A stretch of 63,454 nt of DNA from Hyphochytrium catenoides (lineage: Eukaryota > Protista > Hyphochytriomycota): positions 1-63,454 of the forward strand of contig FLMG01000373.1 in assembly GCA_900088475.1 (NCBI GenBank). The letters run 5' to 3'. The position numbers were made by a program, and so were the translations under genes. Below the pieces are notes generated by a model. It was given only the letters and a program-made list of their open reading frames with translations, did not search any database and was not told where the DNA came from. Position 1 is the stretch's first letter. Every line of letters begins with the position of its first letter. Below, piece by piece: positions 52,524 to 63,454 of this stretch.

Positions 52524-53501
52524 CTCTGTATGTCTGTCTGCCAGTACTCTTATCATAGCTCTCTACTTTCTCTCTCTCTATCGCTTGCTCTCTTCATGCT
52601 CTCGGTCTGATCTTTTCGACCATGTTTCACCTTTCCCGTCTTTCTATCTTCTCGCTATTATCCTGGTTGGCTCTGCCCTATTCTCTCTTTTCTCCGTCAC
52701 TCTTTCTCCATGAACTGACTTGATTGTCGCGTGTTTCAGGGCTTACCTTGTCACTCGTATCCCTCGCTGGGTAGACTTGTTCTTCTTGTCCATAATAGCG
52801 CTCTTCAGTGTCTCCACATCTCCGTCTTCTTCTTCCTTTGCTGCCTCTTTGTATGCGTCTTTGCAGGTTGTTTGTTCTTCCCTGAGGGACTCAGAACTGG
52901 CAGGAACTCCGTTCTTTCCTCTTTCCTCATCGTTTCCTGCTCTGACAGGAGAGAAGCACGAGAAGAGCTGACGCGTTTCTCTGTTTCCTCTCGCTTGTTG
53001 CGCTCTGATCGTCTCACTTTTCTCTATCTTACTTTCTGGAGATACCTTACCAAGAGGAGAAGGAGAAGTCTTGATGTCTTCTCTCTTTCCGTCCTCTGCT
53101 CCTCGCTCGTCCTTCTTCCCTCCTGACAATAACATTTTCCGTGGTTCCCCTCCCTTCCGGGTCTTCTGTTCTCTCGCGTCGTCTTCTTCTCTCCATCTCT
53201 CTATCGCCAGCGGACACGTAATGTTCACAAAGTCAGAGGTCCCTCTGGCTGCCGTCCTCGAGAGTTTGCTGATGTATCTATGCAGCTGCTGGAAGTTGAG
53301 CAGCACCACGACGACGATAGAGTCAGCCGCCACGAGCCAGGGACGGATTGGGACCCGGTAGATTGTGATGGCAGTGTGCTCCATCCCTGGATAAGGATAC
53401 AGGTAGAGAATGTAGGCCACTCTATGAACCGAGCAAGACACGACGAGTGATAGACCAAGAGGGAAAGAGAGAGGGAGACAGATAGAGGAAGAAAGCGTGT
53501 G

Positions 53502-53546
<45 letters not shown>

Positions 53547-54649
53547 GGGTTGCGAACAGCATAGCAAAGGTTAGGCAATATCAACTTCTGACTTGGAAAA
53601 ACCGAATGTGCAGAAAAACGAGAAAGCCAGCAGCCAATACGTGGACACCTCTAGCCCGCAAGAAGTGGGAAAGGATCTCAGACGAGAGACAGAGAGACCC
53701 GACGCTGAGAAGAGGAGCAGCATGGGAGAAGATGGCCAAAGCCCCTTAAGAAGTGCGAAGACTGACAAACTCACCGTGCAAGCACCAGGATGACGAGAGA
53801 GATTCCTGCTATGACAAAGCGGGTAAGACTCCTGGAGAGACCTCCGTGTGGCATGGAGTCAAGCATCACAGGAGTTATCACACAGCCACCCAAGCCAAAG
53901 AGAGAGAGAAGGACCCTGGCCCAGTCTCCCTGAGCGGAGAAGTGGTAGGCAAAGAGAGAGAGAGGCGGAAGGCTCTGGAAGACGTAAAAGTAGACTTCCC
54001 ACTCACAGAAGAGAAGGGCAAGAAGGTCTCGATGGAGCTCTAGCAGAACGGAAGATAGATAGATGAGTAGAGAAAGAGCGGCACAATAGCCAAGGATAAC
54101 CGAGGAGAGAGACAGTGACAATCCTCCCCTAGGGTCATCCTCCTCTCTCTCTCTTTCTCCTAGAAGAAGAATGACAAAGCCTGCGGAGCCCAGCGTCAGG
54201 CTTCCACCAACCCAGAGGAGAAGATAAATTGGACTTCTCCTGAGAGAGAGATAAAAATTTCTCAGCGGAGCAGGAAGCATCTGTCTTGCAACGGTTCCTT
54301 TGGCGTCGATGTAAGGCTTGAGATAGTTAGACAGAGGCTTCACAACCCAGTATCGGTCAGGATAAAGGGAAGAAGATGAAGATATAGGCGGAGAGCGAGG
54401 GAGAGTGTGCGAGGAGGAAGGAGACAGAGAGAGAAGAGGGAAAGGGGAGCTATGGCATCCGGGTACTGGGATGGCAGGAGCTGTTAAGAAGGGAAGAGTC
54501 AAGGGAGGAGAGGAAGAGAAAGAGTGAGAGAGAGGAGAGAAACTGTTTTCTTGGAGCTTCTTCGCCTCTTCAGGAGGCATCTCTATGGGCGTCACAGCGG
54601 ATGAGGAAGACCATAGATTGGACCGCGACATACTCTTATCTTCCATCAT
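51137..54649 (-). CDS. T9: multi-TM family paralogue, ~849 aa (exons 54649-53775, 53421-52747, 52373-51822, 51584-51137)
   Basis: Spliced frame of 2550 nt. Exon 3 begins NRIYRLRPLQEPFYIDTHED upstream of the 52189 ORF. Motifs RYWVVKP, PWLVAADSIVV, GKE, RCQP, TFDF, WDLR, QD, RSPLSLALDAL. Confidence 0.88.
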
Positions 54650-54819
54650 GTTTGAGAGATCATCAACATAGAGGACAGTGGGCTGCCGCAGCCTCTCCCT
54701 CTTGTCACTTCTTCATCTCTCGTTCCTTTCTTTTTTCCAGCACCTACTTTCTATTTGGTGCGTTCGCAAAGCTTTTGATCCCTACTTCTGACCGTGGAAC
54801 CGAGAAAAGAAGAATAAGA

Positions 54820-54900
<81 letters not shown>

Positions 54901-55800
54901 CGGCCGAGAGTGAGGACAGAAGAGAAAGGAAATAGAGGAGGAGCGGCAAATGGAAGAGTGGATCCAAGAGATAAAATAGAAGGGGAGAAAAGAGCAAGCC
55001 CTTGACAGACATATACAGCCGGCAGTAAGAAAAGAGAGAGAATCCTGGTCCACTGATAGTGAAGAGCGGTGAGAAGGTAACAGGATCCGAGCCGCGAGAG
55101 TTACTGCCTTGATGTGAGGAGAACGCGTTGTTGCTGGGGCAATAACACTACCGAAAGGAACAAGAGCTACTCTCATTTGCTGATTGAGGAGAGAAGAAAC
55201 AACCGAGAAGAGCAGACTGCAGGACCACTGCATTTGCGCAGGATGATGCACCTTCTTCTTCTGAGACCCATGGAGTTGAGGGCTCTAGGTAGGGGAGAGA
55301 TAGAGGGATGGGCGCGCTCAAGGATTGGCACAGTAGAGGTAGAGAGAATAATAAGAAGACAAGCATCTACTGAGAGGAGGAGGAGACTGAGAGGGCTGTG
55401 AGGATGAAAGAGAAGAGAAAGGCGGGGAGAAGGAATGAGGAAAGAGGAGAGAGGCTCTGATGACGCGTGGGAATGGAAATAAAAGACGAGTCTTGTGCGT
55501 CGCTCCTTCAGCAGCAGAAGGAAACGAGAGGGGCAGAAGAGGCTAGCGAAAATAGAGTAGCGAAGTGATTGCTCTAGTGGCAGCGCCACCGAGAGAGAGA
55601 CGAGAGACAGAGAGAAAGAAGGATTGGGGAGAGCTAACATGGAAGAAGGAAGACGTGGAACAATATGCCAAAGAGATGCGAAACGACTGAGGCTTGATGA
55701 TGTGCGAGAGGTGGAGCTGAGGGGGAGATTGGGATGAGCACGACGCCTAGGGAGTGATTGAGTGAGCGAGACGATAGAGAGAGAGAGAGAGAGAGAGAGA

Positions 55801-55832
55801 NNNNNNNNNNNNNNNNNNNNNNNNNNNNNNNN
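55801..55832. other. Assembly gap (N run) inside a (GA)n tract
   Basis: N run flanked by GA repeats. Confidence 0.95.
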
Positions 55833-55890
55833 GAGAGAGAGAGAGAGAGGAATGAGAAATAAGAAAAGACTCTTTTGATAATCTATAAGT

Positions 55891-57031
55891 TGTAACGGTT
55901 AATTGTCTGATTACCGCTAACGGCCAACTGACCCCAACATTTTCTGACAGAAGGGCCGTCAGCTCTCCACCTCACGCTTGTTTATTCGTCTAAGAGTAAA
56001 GGTCCGCATCAGCAGGTTTCCAGGGGAAGAAGACTGTGATGCTGTGGCTGGTGCTGCATCATCGCTCCTTCCTCGCCGCTCTCTACCTCCTGCTGCTCCA
56101 CGGCGTGCACTGCTTCAACAACAACCGGACGGTCCGCCTTCTGATTGAGCCAACAATCCCCCCGTTCTCCCAACAACAGAAGGGAGAGACCACTGCAGAG
56201 GAGGCCGGCCGACACCATTATTATTAGCTTACCAGTCCTTCCTGATTGTTATTTATTGATGATCTGTTCTTTTAGGTAAGGACAGTAGGTAGTAGGTGGA
56301 GGGCCGACTGTCAACAATCCTTTGTGGCATGAGCAGGGGATACTGCTGCGTTGCAGTGCTGTAGGTTGCCCGGAGTGGCGATTTAACAGTGTTGCCTTTG
56401 TTAGCCGTACGTCCCTTCTGTGTAAGGAAAAGCTGAGATTATGCGTGACCATTGTACTCCACACAGAAAAGTAAACAAATGTGAGACATTACAACTTGTT
56501 TGCGCAGGTATCATAGTCGCCTGGTCCTTGACTCAACGCTTGCTGCCGCCAGTATTATATAGTGGCTATTCTACCTTCATTTTTCTCTGCTGATAGGCAG
56601 CCGATACCTGCCTTCGTCCGCAATGGTGTCATCGCCATCGTAGTCGTCCTTCTCCCTTCTCTTCTTACAACTGATCCTCATAGTAGGGAGGAGCGCCTCA
56701 GTAGTGATGGGAATCTGTTGCTCTGCATCTTTCTCTCAATCTGCATCTCTCTATCTCCACCGCCAGACCAGTGTCCTTGGTCTTCTCAATACTAAAAAAG
56801 TGACCCGCTGGAGGGAAGGAAGCACTTCAAACCTCTCACCATTGACAAATATACAACTATATGTCAATTTTACTTTTTTTGCAACTGAGTGGGTTTGGTT
56901 GTGTTTTCTGCACTTTATCGGCAGCAAATGTCAAAGTTGCACAATCATGCGTTAAGGTGTGTCAGAAATGTAAAGTAATTTGTCTATAATCTTGTCAAAA
57001 TAGCGAAAAGGTAGGCGTGCAGGCCGTTACA
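55891..57031. mobile_element. Possible non-autonomous element or solo-LTR-like segment with TGTAACGG...CCGTTACA termini
   Basis: 8-bp terminal inverted repeat plus a subterminal inverted match (acattttctgaca ~55937, tgtcagaaatgt ~56960). No target-site duplication and no transposase seen. Confidence 0.3.
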
Positions 57032-57064
57032 GTTCTTGTGGAGAGGCTGAAAAGAGAAGTGTGT

Positions 57065-57126
<62 letters not shown>

Positions 57127-57920
57127 GAGGGAAAGAGAGAGAAGGGACAGAGAGAGAAGGGACAGAGAAGAGAAGAAGAGAGGGAGAAGGAAGAGAGAGC
57201 GAGCCTCTTTAACCTTTCCCTAGAATAACTATAGGAAAAAGGAATGAGTGAACTCTTGAGAATAGCAGTTACGGCGTCAGGGAAGGAAGGAAACCTAAGA
57301 GAAGGAAGGGAACCGATGGGGCCCGAGAGATTAACTTTTGACCGACAGATAGAAGAGCAACAGAGGAGGGGGAAGAGGTATGGGACGAATGGCCATGCCT
57401 TCCACCCCGTCTAGCGGAGAGCCACTGAGGGAGACGAGCCCTTAAAATAGAAGGACAACGTCAGCTGGTAGGGACTCGAAAGGGAAAAGCTAGGGACCAG
57501 TGCATAGAAACTCACACACAGAGCGGTAGAAGAAGAGAGTTGGTTAGCAGGAGTCAGAGAGAGGAAAATAAGGAGAGACGAGGAGCGAGGAGCATGCAAG
57601 CTTGTCCAAAGAAGGGCAAAAGCTCAGGATTATTCAGTGATCAGCAGGGCGAGACGCTGGTCAACCCATCATCAAGCTTTAATATATTGCTGTATGGAGA
57701 AGGCTGCGACATGGTGGCGTTGCTATATCAATCTATCTGACGATACGACGGTCTCCTCATAGTGAAGGCTAAGAAGCTACACATCTCAGTAGTCATCATA
57801 GCGTTGAAGATATCGGAAGACTCATGGCAAATCTTCGTCGTCGATCATTGACAGAGTCATGAGAGGGCTTACGAAGACTAGAATAAGGAGCCGAGTACGG
57901 AGGTGAGAGAGAATGACAGG

Positions 57921-60900
57921 ATGTCACCCGTTAGCCCAACGGCCGACGAAGAGAAGAGAACGGAGCAACCTTTGTCAGCCCCATCTTCTCTTCTCTCTTG
58001 CTCTTCTTCGTCGGCGAGACCGTCTTCACCTTCTGCGGCGCCTAGATTCTGGACGATCCGGCCCTCTCCTGGCTACTATGGCGCAGAGGCCGTGGTCCGC
58101 TCTGACCGGATGGTGGCTAATCTTATGCCGCGGTGTATAGAGAGGCCCTACCTCCGCGTGCTGAGAAAATCTATGGTTTACCTCTTTCTATGGGTCACTG
58201 TGCATGAGCTGCTCGGGCTCGTAGGCTTTTTCTACCTCGTGGAAGACCGGAGCAAGGAGGGAGAGACCGTATCGATGGCTCTAGGATACACTGCGGCCGT
58301 GTGCATCACCATATATATCTGTTGCCTATCGCTAGAGGTACACACAGAGCTTCTAACCGCTCTGTTTCGTCAGTGGGAGGTATGGTTCTACTTCTTGCAG
58401 AGTCTTCCTCCTATCATTCTCTACGGCTATCACTTCGGACTGATCGGACAGTACGTGCGAGCTCTGGCGTTCATTGTAGGCTTCGTCGTTATCACGCTCA
58501 TCCCTATTCTTCTTGACTCCCTGCCGCACTTTGGCCTTGCTCCCGCTACCTTGGGGCTTGAGGTGTTTGGCGTGGCTGCGTGCACGCTTGTGCTGCTGAG
58601 GTAGGCGTCGTTTCTCTTCCCTCGCCTGGTCTCTTCTTGGTCTCTTTCTAGTGATCATACTTCTTCTACTGGTGCTTCTCCGCTTCTTCCCTAGATTGCT
58701 TTTCCTTATCACTTGCCTATAGGCTCATCATGGCCGCTGCTGCTGTCTCTATCACTTGTGCTTTTGTCTCTTAGGATCAACATCAAGAAGCTTTACTACT
58801 TGATCTCTGCCAGGTCTTATCTCTCTCCTGTTTGCTCCTCGCTTCTTCGCTCTTCTTCTCACCATTCTTGTGTCCTTTATACTTCTCTCTTTCTATATCT
58901 CTTCACTGCAGAATGTCCCTGATCCTCTATCTCTATCCTTACGATGGCATGGAGAGAACGGAGTTCAAGCTCTACACTGTCCCAGTTCGTCCCTGGTTGA
59001 TCGCTGGTGACTGTCTGGTTGTGCTGTCACTGCTACACTTGCAGCAGTTTGCCAAGAACTTGGAGAAGCTGAGCGCAAGAGGAAGAATGTCAAAAGGAAC
59101 AGCATCATTTGTTAACATTAAGTGGCCTCTTGTCATGGAGGAGGCGGCGGTAGATGCAGGTGAGGTGAGGCAGAACAGAAGACGGAGTTCTATGGAAGAG
59201 AAGAAGAACAGGATCGCGAAAAAGAAGGTGAAGAAGCTAAACGAGGTGGAAAGGGCTCTCTCTGCCGGGCCGCTTCTCTCTCTTTCTCAACCTAGCAGTG
59301 CTGGAGCTATCGCGGTGAAGGTTGAGAGAGACTCAAAGCTTGCTAGGCCCCCAAACGTGGAAGAAGACAAAGCAGCAGTCTCAGAGGAGAAAGAGAAAGC
59401 ACTCAGGTAGGTTGCCACTGATCGTTTATGAGAGTTATGTCCCAGGAAGCAGGTCTATGACGAGAAAGGGAGCAAGAGAGAGCGCGATAGCAAAAGAGAG
59501 AGAGAGAGAGAGAGAGACAGCAGAGACACAAAGAGAGAAAGAGAGACAGAGACAGCGAGAGGGAGAAGTGTGCGCGTTGGGGCGCAGGGAACATGTGAAA
59601 GAAGTCGGATAAATGGAAGCAAGAAAGACAGACAGAAGTAGATGGAGGAAGAGAGGAGAAAAAGTATCCCAAAAGATGCAAAGACCTCAAGGCTGCTTGC
59701 TACCCTTCCTTCCTCTCTCTCCTTCTCAGCAGCCCGGGCAGGAAAAGAGGCGGCGGACGGCGAATATACCGCATCCTTCCCTCAAAAGCGAGAGACAGAA
59801 AGATTGACGGGCACCAAGACACTTTCTCTCTCCTGCTACGGCTGCTGGGAAAGCATAAAGTTTTTCTTCCCATTATCTCTTTCTTCCTAGGAGAGAGAAC
59901 GCGACCTGTCTCTTCTCCTCCTTTTATGGTCTCTCCGGCAGCAACAACAGAAAGGACGGCTTCTCCTTATCCGAGGAAAGAGAGAAGCCCGATCCGCATC
60001 CCTTTCTTATGGAGACGCTTACGCGGTCAAGAGCACATGCTCTCTCTCTTTGCCTTTCTAGCCACGGCCATACAGGCACTACTGACTGGCTATGGCGCAC
60101 CAAGGGGTTTCTCTTGGCTCTTCTTTCTCTCTTGTCTTTCTGTCAACCTCCTTCTCCTCCTCCGATCTCAACCGTCTCTCCTCTTTCAGCTGTGGCAGTC
60201 CTTCGATTTCCTTCTTCTCGCCTTCTCGCTCTTGGAGTTCTTGGTCATGGGAATTTTGATGTTAGACAATGATGAGAGGTAAGGAGAAACGGAGCAATGA
60301 TCTCTTTCCGTCACTCGCTCTCTCTCTTTCTCTCCTTCGCGCTCTCCCTTTCTCTCTCTCCCTCTCTCTTTCTGTCTCTTTCTCTGTGTCTCCGTCTGTG
60401 TTTCTCTCTCTTTTCCTATCTATCTCCTCACGCTCTCCTCTCTGTCTATGTCTGTCTCTCTTTCTTCCCCTCTTTTACACTCTCTCTCTTCTCCCTTTGT
60501 CCTTGTGGTCGACTATGTTACCGCATGTTCCCTCACATATTTTAACCTATGCGGACAAAGAGCAACCACTGCAGTCTTCTTCTCTCTCTTCTTGATCCGT
60601 TAACCCTTCTCTGATTACCGCTCCGTCTCCTTACTACAGGTGTCTCCCGTTTGTCTCTCTCTTCGTCACAATGGCTACGTCTCTCATGGTGCAGGACACA
60701 CTTCTTTTCCGTCCTCAAGAGAGAAGGCTCTACTATATTCCGCAGATGTCTCTTCTCTTCCTTGCACAAGTCTGCTGTGGCCTCTACTTCGCGTCTCTCC
60801 AACAACAGACAGAGAATCTCTCGTCGCTCATCGGCCCTTTAGCTAACATTGCAGCGTTCCGACGCACTCCGATCAGCATAGCGCTGGACTCTCTCTTCAC

Positions 60901-61108
60901 TATTATCATCCATACACTGAGAAGCCTACTCACCATCGCCAGCAGACCGGAGAGAATGGTGTGGATCCAGAGCCGCGTGGTCTATAGGGTCGAGTATGTG
61001 CCATCATCCACAGACAGAAAATCAAAGAGAGAGAAACAGACAAAGATCATTGATATATCAGAACGAGCGCGAGGGCAACCAAGAGCAGACGCAAGTGGCG
61101 AAAGATGA
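57921..61108 (+). CDS. T10: multi-TM family paralogue, ~730 aa (exons 57921-58600, 58912-59406, 59730-60278, 60640-61108)
   Basis: Spliced frame of 2193 nt. Motifs RFWTIRP, QWEVWFYFLQ, PWLIAGDCLVV, IKWPL, RIYRILP, GQE, RSQP, SFDF, NDER, QD, RTPISIALDSL. Confidence 0.9.
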
Positions 61109-61877
61109 CGATCAGCAGGCAGAAGAGGGGGATGGACTAGTTCAACTCTAAAAGGCCAACTCTATTCTTTCCATGGTCATCCAAGACGAAGACGCTTGCA
61201 GATGCAAGAAAAGACTGGGACAAAGCATTCATAGATTTATACAGGCAGGAAAGGGAAAGACAGAGGTGACCATGGTTACTCTCTAACATGCCATGTGTGG
61301 GGCCTGTCGGTGGGCCCCCTGGCCATCCAATAGATTGCTGCCCTTGCTGACAGACAAACGACCTCCCACCATAATAGTAGAAGTAAGAACAGAAGAAGAC
61401 ATAAGATGTAGTGACAAGGGCTACTGGATGAAGAAAGAGAACGCTCGGACGAAAGACCCCAGACGACGCGGCTCGGGGGATAGATAACAAAGGAACATCT
61501 CTTCCAACTGAATTATGAGGAACAAGATACATCGTCCTGCTCCCTGCGGTCCCTAATCTTCTGTGTCTAGCCGATCTCTTTCTCTATCTCTTTCTCTGCT
61601 TGTTCAACTCTCCCTCTCTCAGCCCACAGAAAACCCGTAATTTATCTTTTTCTCGATCCTTCTCAATCTCCACCTGCTCATCCAGTCTACACTTTCGGCC
61701 TACCCTTTCGTTCTTCTCTAGTTGGTTCCTTCTCTTTTTCTTCTATTTCTCTCCCTCTCATCCCCAGTGTCCCATCTACTTCCTTGGCTCTCCCCAGTAT
61801 TATCGCTTCCCACCCATGTTGTCCTGATGAGGTTTTCCATTTCTCACACGAACGGCAAGAGCTGCTATTTATTTATT

Positions 61878-63454
61878 TTAGCGATGGCTTGAAGAGGAAG
61901 GTGCCATGGAAGACTCTCGTCTCTCTTCCGCGATGTACTCTACTCTATACGCCGCCTTACTCTGTGCTGCGACCAGGAGCTCAGGGCTGCTGTAGAGAGA
62001 GACACAGCTCCTCAATGTGTGCAGCATGACGGTGAAGAGAGAATCAAGCGCCATACTTAGAGGAGAACGGCCAAACATCGCTAGCTTCGCTAGAGGCCCA
62101 AGCAGTCCCGACAGATCCCGACTTGGAAGGGCAGCCACGTAAAAGCCTATAGACATCTCTGCCGCCAGAAGCATGGACATGTGTGGGAAGAGCCAGCTCT
62201 TTCTCCGGAAGGGAGAGAGAACCACCGTGTCTTGCACAATAAGAGAGATAGTGATTGTGGCGACCAAGGAAGTAATGGGCATGCACCTTTGGTCAAAGTC
62301 CACGACAACGCAGCCCATTAAGCCAAACTCCACCAGAGAGAAGAAGCTTAGGACGAGCTCGAAAGAGCGTACCAGCCTTCCCAGGAGCGTTGGATGGCTC
62401 CGGAGGAGGAGTAAGAGGTTCGTACACATCGAGAGGGTGAAGAAGAGGAAGCAGAAAGCTGGTGGGAAACTTAGTGCTGCCATAAGCACCTGTAGAGCGA
62501 TGCCTAGCAGGGAGAGAGAGGACAGCCATGACTCTCTTCCTCGAAGTCTTTGCCATAAGGGGTGAAGGGCAATTTCGTGGTCTTCGTACATGTCCAACGG
62601 AACTGTGGAGAAAAACCTTGACCCAATGCTTGTTGTCGGTTGTCTCCTCCTAGAGCGTGGACGGCTGACGAAGTGTCGGCGATAGAGTTTCAATAGGACA
62701 AGGAAGACGTCGTAGTAGCTGTCAACCTCCAGGGGGCCACCCATGGGGAAGATGCGATAGTACCGGCGCTGCTGTATGTTTCTATAGAGGAGCGGGAGGA
62801 GAGACGTTAGCAAGCGAAGCTAAGGTTGACTGGGCAGACAGAGCAGCAATAGAGGGAATCAGGCGTTGAGATGAGCGTCAGCATAACATGATAAGCAGGC
62901 CAAGTACCCTGAGGAGGAAAGAGGACGGGCACCAGCGGCGCAAGGAGAGAGAGCTATAGCGACAATACGACAAACAACATACAAAGGAAGGGTATCGAAG
63001 TATAAGGGAAGAACATTCGTTATGCGGCTCCAGCAGGCAGAAGTATTCGGAGGTGGCCTACCTGTTGTCAGTGGTGGTCCCAGGACCAGTCTCTCTCCCG
63101 GTGGTTGACCCTGTGTCTCTACGGCTGCTCCCGTCCTCAGCTTTCACGTCGCTGCCTCTCTCTTTAGCAGAAAAATAATGCGTTCTTGACACTGTGCTTT
63201 CAGAGTGCGGAGTGTGCGCCGTATGCTCGCTGTGAGACGTAGATTGTTGCTCTGCGTGGAGGGTGATCGTGGGGCCATTGAATGGCGCCGCCTTCACTTT
63301 CTGTGTCCTAAATTTCTTTCCGTCCATCCTCGTGCTGGGCTCTAGCACGAGCGGCCACTTGATGTTGATAAAGTAAGACGTCCCATCCACCATGCGCTGC
63401 CGCAGCCGTCGGATGTTCTTCACGAACTGTTGGAAGTGCAAAAAAGAGAGTACT
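61878..63454 (-). CDS. T11: multi-TM family paralogue, 3' part (exon 2 >63454-63062; fused exon 3+4 62781-61878)
   Basis: HFQQF..GTSYFINIKWPL, phase-2 intron 63061-62782, then an uninterrupted RYYRIFP..GRE..RSHP..SFE..DFDQRCMP..QD..RSPLSMALDSL. Confidence 0.88.

Overview
Eukaryotic (probably protist) genomic DNA with GT-AG spliceosomal introns, many (GA)n/(CT)n microsatellites and two N gaps. The many short ORFs in the track resolve into spliced genes. (1) An array of 11 paralogues (T1-T11; T1 and T11 are cut by the window edges) of an unannotated polytopic membrane protein of about 635-850 aa. They share a 4-exon structure with three phase-2 introns, and each protein appears to be two tandem homologous ~6-TM halves. 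(2) Two intact, tandem 3-exon CYP7-clan-like cytochrome P450 genes, plus a decayed third copy that has lost its heme cysteine. (3) Two divergently oriented paralogues with a basic/coiled-coil (bZIP-like) segment followed by a probable NTF2/SnoaL-like domain. Other features are a recent inverted duplication (T6/T8), a precise intron loss in T11, a MITE-like element and diverged non-coding repeats. My speculative reading is a birth-and-death receptor/transporter array interleaved with sterol-type P450s and putative ligand-binding transcription factors. All exon boundaries were read by hand and checked for frame; no database searches were run.
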